Shown: piece after piece, positions 45,251 to 54,299 of the stretch
Numbering within the stretch: position 1 is the first letter of the stretch
Layout of the letters: each line of letters opens with the position of its first letter
Assembly: GCA_964653055.1 (NCBI GenBank)
Contig: CAZZCA010000007.1
Span: forward strand, 11,361 to 75,360
DNA length: 64,000 bases
Source of the DNA: an uncultured Desulfobulbia bacterium
Lineage (GTDB): Bacteria; Desulfobacterota; Desulfobulbia; Desulfobulbales; SURF-16
Direction: 5' to 3'
Notes under the pieces: generated by a model
What the model saw: the letters and a program-made list of their open reading frames with translations, nothing else
What the model was told of the DNA's origin: nothing
Database searches by the model: none
Translations under genes and position numbers: made by a program

Positions 45251-46882
45251 ATGAGCTTACGCAGATTAAAACGGCGAAAGAAGAAAAAAGAGCGAAATGC
45301 CGATCCCGGAGCAATTGCCCAGCTCTTTGTCGCGGCCAATAATCATAAATTGGCCGGTCGTCTTTCCCAGGCCGAAAAAGATTATCGCCGTCTCATCCGG
45401 ATGACCCCGGATCATCTCCAGGCCCATAATAATCTTGCCAATATTCTTTATGACAGGGGTCTCCTTGCGGAGGCCCTTATCTATTACCGGGGGGCAGTTG
45501 ATCTTGCCCCGGAAAATTCCCGTATCCTCTATAATTATGGAACCTGTCTTTTTGACCATGGTCAGCTTCAGGAAGCGGCTGAGGCCCTGACCAGGGTTAT
45601 CAGCCTTGCTCCCACCTATGCCGAGGCCCATGCCAGTCTCGGGGTAGTCTGTCAGGCCCTGGGCGATCTGGACGGGGCTCTGGCAGCTCTTTCCGAGGCG
45701 GTTCGGCTTAAACCTGATTATCTGGAAGGCCACCGTTTTCTGGGTCTGGTGCGTAAGGACCGGGGGGATCTGGCTGGGGCTCTGGAGCAATTTGATCGGG
45801 CCTTGCTATGCCGGGGGGAAGATGCCTTTACCTGGTATTTGATCAGTCGGTATAAAAAATATAAAACCGCAGATGATCGGGACATAGGCCGGATTACTTC
45901 CATCCTGACTAAACCGGACCTGACCCCGGATGACGAGGTCTTTTTAAATTTTGCCTTGGGTAAGATCTATGATGATCTGGCTCTTGCCCCGGAGGCTTTT
46001 CGTCATTATCAGGATGGAAACAGGCGAAAGCGGTCCATGTTGGCTGCCGGCCCCATGAGCAGTGGGATTGAGCTTGGTCGTATTGGCCGGATTTTCAGTC
46101 CTGAATTGTTTTCCCGTCTGGCCGGGTCCGGCCTGCAATCGGCGCTGCCGGTTTTTATTGTTGGTATGCCCCGTTCCGGAACCACCCTGGTTGAACAGAT
46201 CTGCGCCAGTCATTCTGCGGTCTGGGGCAGGGGTGAATTAAAAGAGGTCAGCGCCCTTAAGAACTCCCTGTTGGCCCTGGCCGGGGAAGGATCCAGCTAT
46301 CCTGAATGTTTAACCACCATGGATCCCGCCTGGATTAAATCCCTGGGTGAGCCATACATGGAAAGATTGGGAGCTGGCCTGCCATCGACCATCCTTCGGG
46401 TGGTGGATAAGATGCCGACTAATTTTATTGAGCTTGGCCTGATCCGGATCTTCTTCCCCAATGCCCGGATCATCCATTGCCGCCGTGACCCGGTGGATAC
46501 CTGTCTGTCTAATTATTTCCAGAATTTTGAGGAGGGTAATGAGTTCTCCTTTGATCTTGAGACCCTGGCCTTTTATTATCGCAAATATGAAAAATTAATG
46601 GGTTTCTGGCAGGAGGTACTCCCCGGAACAATCCATGAGATCTGTTATGAGGATCTGGTTAATAATTTTGAGGTAAAGGCCCGGGAGCTTATCGAGTTTC
46701 TCGGCCTTAACTGGCAGGAAGAATGCCTCTCTTTTTATCAGACCAGGCGGATGGTCCATACCGCCAGTGACTGGCAGGTGCGGCAGCCGGTTTATCGCAG
46801 TTCTGTTAAACGCTGGAAACGTTACGAAGCCTTTCTCGGCCCCCTTCTTGATGGCCTGGCCGATACCTCTTCCCTTGTCTGA
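45251..46882 (+). CDS. TPR-repeat protein fused to a sulfotransferase domain
   Basis: N-terminal TPRs ('AHNNLANILYDRGLLAEALIYYRGAVDLAPEN' and others); C-terminal sulfotransferase 5'-PSB-type loop 'FIVGMPRSGTTLVEQI', 'HCRRDPVDTCLS'. The track start 45248 is a TTG one codon before the ATG. Confidence 0.8.
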   Translation: MSLRRLKRRKKKKERNADPGAIAQLFVAANNHKLAGRLSQAEKDYRRLIRMTPDHLQAHNNLANILYDRGLLAEALIYYRGAVDLAPENSRILYNYGTCLFDHGQLQEAAEALTRVISLAPTYAEAHASLGVVCQALGDLDGALAALSEAVRLKPDYLEGHRFLGLVRKDRGDLAGALEQFDRALLCRGEDAFTWYLISRYKKYKTADDRDIGRITSILTKPDLTPDDEVFLNFALGKIYDDLALAPEAFRHYQDGNRRKRSMLAAGPMSSGIELGRIGRIFSPELFSRLAGSGLQSALPVFIVGMPRSGTTLVEQICASHSAVWGRGELKEVSALKNSLLALAGEGSSYPECLTTMDPAWIKSLGEPYMERLGAGLPSTILRVVDKMPTNFIELGLIRIFFPNARIIHCRRDPVDTCLSNYFQNFEEGNEFSFDLETLAFYYRKYEKLMGFWQEVLPGTIHEICYEDLVNNFEVKARELIEFLGLNWQEECLSFYQTRRMVHTASDWQVRQPVYRSSVKRWKRYEAFLGPLLDGLADTSSLV

Positions 46883-46917
46883 ATTTCACCTTTAAATCAT
46901 CATCTTGCCCTGCCGGC

Positions 46918-46946
46918 TTGACATCAATATTTATCGTTCTTACCTT
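46918..46946 (+). promoter_or_regulatory. Weak candidate promoter of clpB (TTGACA-N17-TACCTT)
   Basis: TTGACA 46918-46923; poor -10 TACCTT 46941-46946; implies a leader of about 130 nt. Confidence 0.3.
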
Positions 46947-47082
46947 TTTTCTAACGCCATCATTTACCTCTTGTCTGCAGTTTGTTCATCGTCCCGGTTA
47001 GTTCAGGGAGTTTCCAGCGCCAATCCGGCCTTATCCCGGTAATTGGCAGTAATGTAAGTCTTGTCAAGTTCAGGAGGATATT

Positions 47083-49683
47083 ATGCAATTAGATAAATTT
47101 ACCGTTAAGTCCCAGGAAGTCCTGCAGGCTGCCCAGAAACTGGCGGAGGAGCGGGGTCATCAGGAGATGACCCCGGAGCATCTTCTTCAGGTTATCCTTG
47201 TGGCGGAGGAAGGGGTGATTGTCTCCCTGCTGCGCAAGCTTGAGATTGAGCCGGCCCTTCTGCGCAGCAGGATTGAAGATATTCTTACCGGTCTGCCCCG
47301 GGTTAGTGGCAGTGGTTTCGGCCAGGTTTATGCCTCACGGCGTCTGCAGCAGGTTCTGGAGCAGGCTTTTAAAGAGGCCGGAGCCATGCAGGATGATTAT
47401 GTCAGCCAGGAGCATCTCTTCCTGGCTGTTCTGGCCGAGAGCAAGGGGCCGGCTGCCCTTATGCTGGAAAAAGCCGGGGTCAGCCGGGATTCCTTTATGA
47501 AGGCCCTGGTGGCCATTCGTGGCAGTCAGCGGGTGGTTGACCAGAACCCTGAAGAGAAGTACCAGGCCCTGGAAAAATATTCATTAAACCTCACCGACCG
47601 GGCCAAGCAGGGTAAGCTTGATCCGGTTATCGGCCGGGATGATGAGGTTCGTCGTTTGATTCAGGTTCTCAGCCGGCGCACCAAGAATAATCCGGTTCTC
47701 ATTGGCGAGCCGGGGGTGGGTAAGACCGCCATAGTCGAGGGCCTGGCCCAGCGGATAGTCATGGGTGATATTCCTGAAACACTGCGGGACCGCCAGGTGG
47801 TGGCCCTTGATATGGGCTCATTGCTGGCGGGAGCCAAATTCCGCGGTGAATTTGAAGATAGGTTGAAGGCAGTCCTCAAGGAGGTTGAGAAACGCCAGGG
47901 CGAGATTATCCTCTTTATTGACGAGATCCATACCCTGGTGGGCGCCGGGGCGGCGGAAGGGGCCATGGACGCCTCTAATATGCTGAAGCCGGCCCTGGCC
48001 CGGGGAGAGCTTCATTGTGTGGGGGCAACTACCTTGAAAGAGTATCGCACCATTGAAAAAGATGCTGCCCTTGAGCGACGTTTCCAGCAGGTATTGGTCC
48101 AGGAGCCCACCACGGAAGATGCCATTGCCATTCTTCGGGGGATCAAGGAGAAATACGAGGTTCATCATGGGGTGCGGATCAAGGACAATGCTACTGTGGC
48201 GGCGGTAACCCTTTCCCAGCGTTATATCTCTGATCGTTTTCTGCCGGATAAGGCCATTGATCTCATTGATGAGGCTGCCTCCCGGCTGCGGATCGAGATT
48301 GATTCCATGCCCACAGAGATTGATGAGGTGGATCGGCGGCGGATTAAGATGGAGATCGAGCGAGAGGCCCTTAAAAAAGAGAAGGATGCGGCTTCCCGCC
48401 AGCGCTTGACCAGGCTGGAGGCTGAGATGGCTGATCTCAACGAGCAGCTTCAGAGCATGAAGGGGCATTGGCAGCTGGAGCGGGATGTTATTTCCGATAT
48501 CCGCCGGATCAAGGCGGATATTGATGAGGCCAGGGTGGAAGAACAACAGGCGGAGCGGGTCGGAGATCTCAGCCGGGTGGCGGAGATCCGGTACGGTCGG
48601 ATTGCGGAGCTGGAACAGAAATTAACCAGCGGAAATCAGCGCTTGGCTGAGGTTCAGCAGAATAGGCAGATGCTGAAGGAGGAGGTGGCTGAGTCAGATA
48701 TTGCGGCAGTGGTGGCAAACTGGACCGGGATTCCGGTGGCTAGTCTTCTTGAGGGAGAAAAGGAGAAGCTGGTTCATGCCGAGGACAGGTTAAGCCGCCG
48801 GGTGGTGGGGCAGAAAGAGGCCATTGTTGCTGTTGCCAATGCCGTCCGTCGGGCCCGGGCCGGCCTGCAGGATCCTGATCGCCCCCTGGGCTCCTTTATC
48901 TTTCTCGGCCCCACCGGGGTGGGCAAAACCGAGCTGGCCCGCAGTCTGGCTTCTTTCCTCTTTGATTCCGACCAGGCCATGATCCGTCTTGACATGTCCG
49001 AGTTCATGGAAAAACATTCGGTTTCCCGACTCATCGGTGCCCCTCCTGGCTATGTGGGTTATGAGGAGGGCGGTCATCTCACCGAGGCGGTGAGGCGGCG
49101 GCCTTATTCGGTTATTTTGTTTGATGAGATTGAAAAGGCCCATCCGGATGTCTTTAATGTTCTGCTTCAGATTCTTGATGACGGCCGGATGACCGATGGA
49201 CACGGTCGGACGGTGGATTTCAAAAATACCATTCTGATCATGACCTCCAACCTGGGCAGCGACCTGATCATGGAGCTGGGTGAGGAACAGCGGCACGAGA
49301 TGAAGAGCAGGATAGACGAGGTGATGCGTCGTCATTTCCGGCCGGAATTTCTTAACCGTATCGATGAGATCATTACATTCCATGGTCTTTCCCGGCAGGA
49401 TCTCAGGCAGATTGTCGATATTCAGTTTGCCCTTCTTGCCCGGCGCGTGGCTGATCAGCGATTTTCCCTGAAGATCACTGACAGGGCCCGTGACTTTTTG
49501 GTTGGTGCCGGTTATGATCCGGCCTATGGAGCTAGACCCCTGAAGCGAGCCATCCAGCGCCATATCCAGGACAATCTTGCCCTGGCCATGCTGGAGGATG
49601 GTTTTCAGCAGGGTGATAATATTATTATAGATGGTAATGCTGACGGTCTTTTTTTTACCAAGGGAGAGGCTGAGGCAGGATAG
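47083..49683 (+). CDS. clpB: Disaggregase ClpB (Hsp100)
   Basis: Clp_N repeats, two AAA+ modules '[15 protein letters not shown]' and '[15 protein letters not shown]', long middle coiled coil, '[10 protein letters not shown]'; SD AGGAGG. Confidence 0.97.
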   Translation: MQLDKFTVKSQEVLQAAQKLAEERGHQEMTPEHLLQVILVAEEGVIVSLLRKLEIEPALLRSRIEDILTGLPRVSGSGFGQVYASRRLQQVLEQAFKEAGAMQDDYVSQEHLFLAVLAESKGPAALMLEKAGVSRDSFMKALVAIRGSQRVVDQNPEEKYQALEKYSLNLTDRAKQGKLDPVIGRDDEVRRLIQVLSRRTKNNPVLIGEPGVGKTAIVEGLAQRIVMGDIPETLRDRQVVALDMGSLLAGAKFRGEFEDRLKAVLKEVEKRQGEIILFIDEIHTLVGAGAAEGAMDASNMLKPALARGELHCVGATTLKEYRTIEKDAALERRFQQVLVQEPTTEDAIAILRGIKEKYEVHHGVRIKDNATVAAVTLSQRYISDRFLPDKAIDLIDEAASRLRIEIDSMPTEIDEVDRRRIKMEIEREALKKEKDAASRQRLTRLEAEMADLNEQLQSMKGHWQLERDVISDIRRIKADIDEARVEEQQAERVGDLSRVAEIRYGRIAELEQKLTSGNQRLAEVQQNRQMLKEEVAESDIAAVVANWTGIPVASLLEGEKEKLVHAEDRLSRRVVGQKEAIVAVANAVRRARAGLQDPDRPLGSFIFLGPTGVGKTELARSLASFLFDSDQAMIRLDMSEFMEKHSVSRLIGAPPGYVGYEEGGHLTEAVRRRPYSVILFDEIEKAHPDVFNVLLQILDDGRMTDGHGRTVDFKNTILIMTSNLGSDLIMELGEEQRHEMKSRIDEVMRRHFRPEFLNRIDEIITFHGLSRQDLRQIVDIQFALLARRVADQRFSLKITDRARDFLVGAGYDPAYGARPLKRAIQRHIQDNLALAMLEDGFQQGDNIIIDGNADGLFFTKGEAEAG

Positions 49684-49693
49684 GCGATAATTT

Positions 49694-50221
49694 ATGATTA
49701 TCAATAAGGACAGTGGCGGGATTTTGGATCTATTAGAGAGTCGGGGTCATAATCTCTTTGATCAGCATAAATTATGTTGTTCCGAAACCATAGTTTACCT
49801 CTTTAATCAGGGATTTAACGGACCATTGGGTCCGGAGACAGCGCTCAGGGCCGGTTCTGGCTTCTGCCATGGCATGGGCGGAGCCGGTTGCAGCTGCGGG
49901 GCTTTAAGCGGGCTGGTGGTTGTTTTGGGTTTATTAATTGGCCCCCATGGCGAGGGAGGGATGGCTAAGAAAGAATTTTTGAAGCTGGTGAAAGAGGCCC
50001 ATGATGAGTTTAAGCAGGCCTTTGGCGCCACCTGTTGCCGGGTGCTCAGCAAAAAGGTCAAGCATGATCGTAAGCTCAGGCATCAGAATTGCCTGAAGCT
50101 TACCTTGGGCGGGGTCCGTATCGGTGCTGGTCTTCTGCTGGCTGTCCGGCCGGAGCTGGCCGGGGATCTTGATCTGGCTTTTGTGAAAAGTGATGCAGCG
50201 CCACCGGCCGGGGGAAAATAA
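49694..50221 (+). CDS. C_GCAxxG_C_C family putative redox protein
   Basis: 'CCSETIV', 'GGAGCSCGALSGLVVVLG' (GCAxxG-type signature with S for A), 'CCRVL', 'NCLKLT'. No obvious signal peptide. Confidence 0.8.
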   Translation: MIINKDSGGILDLLESRGHNLFDQHKLCCSETIVYLFNQGFNGPLGPETALRAGSGFCHGMGGAGCSCGALSGLVVVLGLLIGPHGEGGMAKKEFLKLVKEAHDEFKQAFGATCCRVLSKKVKHDRKLRHQNCLKLTLGGVRIGAGLLLAVRPELAGDLDLAFVKSDAAPPAGGK

Positions 50222-51252
50222 TGGAGCAGCTTCCTCTCACCCTGTTTAGCCAGGTTGGCAATATTCTTCTTATTCTGCTATTGATTTCTGCTCTTTTTAC
50301 CGGTCTGGGTGGGGCAATTAATCTCGGGCGGCAGACTCCCATTGGCCAGGGGGTGATTATTTCGCTGTTTCTGCTCACTGTCTTGTTTTTTGTTCTCGGC
50401 TTTTGCTGGATCGGCTGGTTTCATTACCGTATTTACCTTGATATGCCCCTGGAGCTGCCCCGTGAGCTCGGCCAGTATCTCAATCGTCAGCTTGCTGCGA
50501 TGAACGAGAATGCGTCCTACGGGCTGCCTCTCTATGACCCGGCTGCTCCTCCCCGTTACCGGATACCCCTCTGGATCGAGAATGAAAAATATTTCTTCTG
50601 GTTTTTCTGTTATGCCTTAATGGGTATGATCGGTCATTTCCGCCTGGCCCATCATCGTCTGCGGGGAGCCATCCAGCTCCTGCTGGCGGTGCAGGTGGCA
50701 ATACTTTATTTTTTTGTTAATCCCTTTATTGACCCTTTACCCCGGTTCTTTAACGAGGTCAGTTCCTGGTTCAGTGGCCAGGCCCCCCATCCCGGTGCTT
50801 TGCTGGGCCAGTTCATGGGGCTCTATCCCAAGATGGTTTTTTATTATAATGCCAGTTATATGTGGTTTCATCCCCCCTTGCTGTTTCTCTCCTATGCCTG
50901 TATCACCCTGGTTTTTGTTACCTCGGTTTTTATGCTGGTGCGCAGGGAGCTGGTTGTTGAACAATTGGGTTATGATTTTGCCAAGCTGGGCTATTTCATG
51001 CTTACTTTAGGGATGCTGCTTGGTTATCCCTGGGCCCTGCAGGCCTGGGGGCCTAATTGGTGGTGGGATCCCAAGATCTGCAGTTCCATTATGATGTGGG
51101 CGGTTTTTTCCACCTACCTCCATACCCGGCTCTATGCCAATAAACCGGCAATGTGGTATTTTTCAGCGATTCTCGGCATTATCTGTTTTCTGGCCATGAT
51201 CTTTACCTTTCTCGCCTCCTTCTTTTTCCCGGGGGAGCATACCTTTCAGTAA
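50221..51252 (+). CDS. Cytochrome c assembly (CcsA/CcmF/CcmC-family, WWD-domain) haem-handling membrane protein
   Basis: Trp-rich motif 'WGPNWWWDPKICSSIMMW', flanking His in 'WFHPPLLFLSY' and 'YLHTRLY'; polytopic. The ATG shares one base with the upstream TAA. Confidence 0.75.
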   Translation: MEQLPLTLFSQVGNILLILLLISALFTGLGGAINLGRQTPIGQGVIISLFLLTVLFFVLGFCWIGWFHYRIYLDMPLELPRELGQYLNRQLAAMNENASYGLPLYDPAAPPRYRIPLWIENEKYFFWFFCYALMGMIGHFRLAHHRLRGAIQLLLAVQVAILYFFVNPFIDPLPRFFNEVSSWFSGQAPHPGALLGQFMGLYPKMVFYYNASYMWFHPPLLFLSYACITLVFVTSVFMLVRRELVVEQLGYDFAKLGYFMLTLGMLLGYPWALQAWGPNWWWDPKICSSIMMWAVFSTYLHTRLYANKPAMWYFSAILGIICFLAMIFTFLASFFFPGEHTFQ

Positions 51253-51255
51253 ATT

Positions 51256-51861
51256 ATGATGAAGAAAAAAGGATCACTCGATTATTATCTTATCCTGGTT
51301 ACGGTGGCTGTTCTTTTTGTCATCTCCATAATCTGTATCTATGGCATGTTTTATTTCAAGATTGCCCAGGTTCAGGACATGGCTCCGGTTCTGAAGGCGG
51401 CCTATATGGATCAGATGAACAGGGTGATGTCGCCTTTTCTGATTATTCTCTTGATGCTTCTGGGGATATGTGTGCCGAAACGGCTGCTGCCGGCCCGCTG
51501 GCTGGGCTGGTTCACATCTGCCCTGGCTGCCGGCTCTCTTCTTGTTACCTGGTTCTGGGGCCTGCGAATGGCTCTGGTGATGGTATTATGCCTGTCCCTG
51601 GTGCTCCAGGTGGTGGTGCTGTTCATGGCAATTGCCGGCAGCAGCAGGCTGAATTTTACCGGTAAGACCTATTGGGTGCGGGTGGGATCATCTCTGCTCC
51701 ATCTCGGCATTATTCTTTTTGTCCTTGACCTCTTTTTCCATCAGCAGCAGACCCTTCATCTTGTTTTATTCTGGGTAACCACGGTGGCTACGGTCCTGGG
51801 GATGCTATTTTCCTTCTATGCCGATGGCTTTGCCAGCATGCTCAGGCGCCGGCCGGATTAA
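51256..51861 (+). CDS. Hypothetical polytopic membrane protein (201 aa)
   Basis: 5-6 hydrophobic segments; starts 3 nt after the CcsA-like gene; no motif recognised. Confidence 0.55.
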   Translation: MMKKKGSLDYYLILVTVAVLFVISIICIYGMFYFKIAQVQDMAPVLKAAYMDQMNRVMSPFLIILLMLLGICVPKRLLPARWLGWFTSALAAGSLLVTWFWGLRMALVMVLCLSLVLQVVVLFMAIAGSSRLNFTGKTYWVRVGSSLLHLGIILFVLDLFFHQQQTLHLVLFWVTTVATVLGMLFSFYADGFASMLRRRPD

Positions 51862-51905
51862 TTATCCGTAAATCTGCGCTGTTTCTCTGGGGATGGCGGA
51901 AGATT

Positions 51906-52496
51906 TCAGGATATCTTCTGCCAGATGGGATAATTGCTGGCGATTTTTTGAAAACGGGGATCATGGTCAACCCGGTCACTCATCTTGCGATTGGCGATGA
52001 GAATGGCTCCTTTCTTGATTTTATCTTCCACCAGGTGTTCGAATCTGGTCTGGGGACCAGCATCAGGCAGGGGCCGGAAATAATAGACCACATCAAATTT
52101 GTCATAGTCATCGTATTGCCAGATATCCTCCTGCCAGACCCGGTCTTTTCCAATTAACTCAGTAGCCAGCTGAAAGGGGTATTGGTCTTTTTCAATCCCG
52201 TAAACATCGAAAAAGAACTGTTCGGCAATCAGGAGAATATTGCCGATGCCACAGCCGATATCTATAAAGCTGAAATTTTTATCTTTATTTTTGCCGTCCA
52301 TCTCCAGAAAATCATGGACCAGGCGGATCTCTTCAAATACCTGGCGGGTATCCATGGCGACAAAGGGGTATTCCCGGGATGTGTCATTTTGGGTGTGTTT
52401 CTGGGAAAGCCGGGAATAATAACCGATGAAGCGGTTGATTACCCCGATATAAATGTCTCTCTCTTCGTCAGGAAGGTTTTGGGCTGATTCATTCAT
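51906..52496 (-). CDS. Class I SAM-dependent methyltransferase
   Basis: SAM motif I 'FIDIGCGIGNILL', post-I acidic 'VYGIEKD'. Confidence 0.75.
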   Translation of the reverse strand: MNESAQNLPDEERDIYIGVINRFIGYYSRLSQKHTQNDTSREYPFVAMDTRQVFEEIRLVHDFLEMDGKNKDKNFSFIDIGCGIGNILLIAEQFFFDVYGIEKDQYPFQLATELIGKDRVWQEDIWQYDDYDKFDVVYYFRPLPDAGPQTRFEHLVEDKIKKGAILIANRKMSDRVDHDPRFQKIASNYPIWQKIS

Positions 52497-52557
52497 GATA
52501 GTTGCTCGCCGATGCTTGTTATTGTTTAAGGGGATGGTTAATATACCCAGAAGGGCT

Positions 52558-52571
52558 TAAATAAGCAATTA
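52558..52571. repeat. 14-nt exact repeat TAAATAAGCAATTA, copy 1 (upstream of the gate-domain gene)
   Basis: Read directly: 52558-52571 is identical to 53940-53953. Confidence 0.9.
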
Positions 52572-52617
52572 GCCTCAGGTGGCAGCAGATCAACGGGTCA
52601 GGAACAGGTGGTTATTG

Positions 52618-53583
52618 ATGGAGTTCATGGAAATGGGAGCTATGCTATGGCAAGGGCTGTTTCAGCCCCTGCTCAGGATAGTTCTTTTTATATCATTCGG
52701 TTTGTTATTGGCTAATTTCATCGAGGCCCTTAACTGGACCCATGCCATGGCCCGTCTTGCCCGCCCTTTGATCAGAGTCAGTCATCTTTCTGATATTACC
52801 GGTGCCAGTTTTTCCATGGCCTTTTTTTCCGGGGTGTCAGCCAATACCATGCTGGCAGAAGGCTATGACCAGGGGCGGATCAGCCGGCGGGAGTTGATTC
52901 TGGCCAATCTCTTTAACAGCCTGCCCACCTATTTTCTCCATTTACCCACGGTATTTTTTATTACTGCTCCATTGATTAAGGGGGCGGCTGTCATTTATGT
53001 CGGTCTTACCTTTGGCGCAGCTGTTTTGCGCACGATTTTTGTTATGGTGGTGGGCCGGTTCTGGCTTCCCCGGCATTCTTGTGGTGATATTGACGCGCTA
53101 TTAGCAGACAGCAACCGGGTCAGCTGGCAGGAGGCGGCGACAAGGGCTGGCAAGAGATTTAAAAAGAGGATTAATAAAATTCTCTTTTTCACCGTCCCTA
53201 TTTATTCTTTGATCTTTTTCTTTAATAAGATGGGTTTGTTTAATCTTCTGCAGGATTTTATCAGTCGTTATCTCGGATTTTTTTCCTGGCTCCATCCGGA
53301 GAGCGTGGGCATTATTGTTCTTCATGTGGTGGCTGAGTTTACTGCCGGCCTGGCCATGGCTGGTGCCCTGATTGACGGCGGCAGTCTCAGTTATCGGGAG
53401 GTTGTCCTGGCGCTTCTGGCCGGCAATGTTCTGTCATCTCCCATGCGGGCCCTTCGTCACCAATTCCCTTATTACGCCGGCATTTTTCCGCCGGCCCTGG
53501 CGGTACAGCTGGTCTGCTATAATCAATTATTCCGCACCGGTAGTATTATTCTGGTGGGGGTGGCCTATTATTTCCTTACTTAA
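52618..53583 (+). CDS. Nucleoside-recognition (Gate) domain membrane protein, FeoB-C-terminal-like permease module
   Basis: Polytopic; 'ITGASFSMAFFSGVSANTMLAEGYDQGRISRRELILANLFNSLPTYFLHLP' resembles Gate-domain proteins. ATG 52618 follows AGGTGG; the track GTG 52579 is an upstream extension. Confidence 0.55.
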   Translation: MEFMEMGAMLWQGLFQPLLRIVLFISFGLLLANFIEALNWTHAMARLARPLIRVSHLSDITGASFSMAFFSGVSANTMLAEGYDQGRISRRELILANLFNSLPTYFLHLPTVFFITAPLIKGAAVIYVGLTFGAAVLRTIFVMVVGRFWLPRHSCGDIDALLADSNRVSWQEAATRAGKRFKKRINKILFFTVPIYSLIFFFNKMGLFNLLQDFISRYLGFFSWLHPESVGIIVLHVVAEFTAGLAMAGALIDGGSLSYREVVLALLAGNVLSSPMRALRHQFPYYAGIFPPALAVQLVCYNQLFRTGSIILVGVAYYFLT

Positions 53584-53620
53584 GCAAGCGGTAAAAAGTT
53601 AAGGTAGCCTAAGTTAATCC

Positions 53621-53649
53621 TTGACTTCCAGGCCGGAAGGTTTTATTTT
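53621..53649 (+). promoter_or_regulatory. Candidate promoter of the feo genes (TTGACT-N17-TATTTT); the same bases also form a small hairpin + T-run that could terminate the upstream gene
   Basis: TTGACT 53621-53626, TATTTT 53644-53649; hairpin CTTCC-aggcc-GGAAG (53625-53639) followed by GTTTTATTTT. Confidence 0.35.
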
Positions 53650-53751
53650 CGCCCCATAGTTTAGGGTTGCCTAAAAAGGTGGCTTGCTCCTAACCTCCGG
53701 GTTCGAGGTGGCAGGCGAGCCGGCCAAGATTTTAATTAATTATGGGAATGG

Positions 53752-53946
53752 ATGATGAGTTTTGATTCTTTGATTACCTGGCTGATTGTAGCTTTTGCCG
53801 CCATTTACTTGGTACGCCGCTTATTGACCAAAGGATCTGGCTGTGGTGGCTGTGGTGGCTGCCAGGATAAAAACCTGTCCGGACTCGTTGATCTGCGTAA
53901 ATCCAGCCCCCCAGGTGGTTCTGATGATTCGGATGATCATAAATAA
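53752..53946 (+). CDS. FeoB-associated Cys-rich small membrane protein
   Basis: 64 aa: one N-terminal TM 'LITWLIVAFAAIYLV', then 'GSGCGGCGGC', acidic tail; adjacent to feoAB. Confidence 0.6.
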   Translation: MMSFDSLITWLIVAFAAIYLVRRLLTKGSGCGGCGGCQDKNLSGLVDLRKSSPPGGSDDSDDHK

Positions 53947-53953
53947 GCAATTA
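53940..53953. repeat. 14-nt exact repeat TAAATAAGCAATTA, copy 2 (overlaps the stop of the Cys-rich ORF, upstream of feoA)
   Basis: Read directly: identical to 52558-52571. Confidence 0.9.
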
Positions 53954-54030
53954 AGTTACGATTTATCATAAAAACTAAAGATTTCATTAATCTGCTAAGC
54001 CTTAATGTTAAATGAGGGAGAAAGAGAATA

Positions 54031-54264
54031 ATGGCAAAGAAAATGTTGCGGGAAATGCGGCGGGATCAAAAAGGGGTAATTGTAGCGGTAAAGCAGGCAG
54101 GGGAGCTTGGCCGGCGCATTCGGGACATGGGTCTGGTCCCTGGCACCGAAATCATGGTTCAGGGCAGGGCCCCTCTTTACGATCCGGTTGCTTTGCGGGT
54201 CATGGGCAGTGTTATTTCTCTCAGGAATAATGAGGCTGATTTTATTGAGGTGGAAGTAGAGTAA
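54031..54264 (+). CDS. feoA: Ferrous iron transport protein A
   Basis: 77 aa SH3-like FeoA: 'G.IVAVKQAGELGRRIRDMGLVPGTEIMV....PLYDPVALRV.GS.ISLR..EA..IEV'; SD GAGGGAG. Confidence 0.85.
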   Translation: MAKKMLREMRRDQKGVIVAVKQAGELGRRIRDMGLVPGTEIMVQGRAPLYDPVALRVMGSVISLRNNEADFIEVEVE

Positions 54265-54299
54265 CTTTTTTTCAAAAATCGAAGGAAGAAGGAAAAAAG

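Noticed and set aside
46967-47077. Possible RNA thermometer in the clpB leader: CCTCTTG (46967-46973) can pair with the SD region CAGGAGG (47071-47077)
   Set aside because: The pairing is only 7 bp including one G.U, the segments are about 100 nt apart and the complementarity does not extend. This is too weak to claim without folding and covariation analysis.
53839-53862. Tandem 9-nt repeat GGCTGTGGT x2 (+GGCTGC)
   Set aside because: It lies inside the small Cys-rich ORF and simply encodes the GCGGCGGC peptide motif typical of FeoB-associated Cys-rich proteins.
53961-53993. Canonical Fur box upstream of feoA
   Set aside because: The best candidates (GATTTATCATAAAAAC and AGATTtcattAATCT) match the 19-bp GATAATGATAATCATTATC consensus at only about half the positions. 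The inverted repeat is reported as a generic candidate operator, not as a Fur box.
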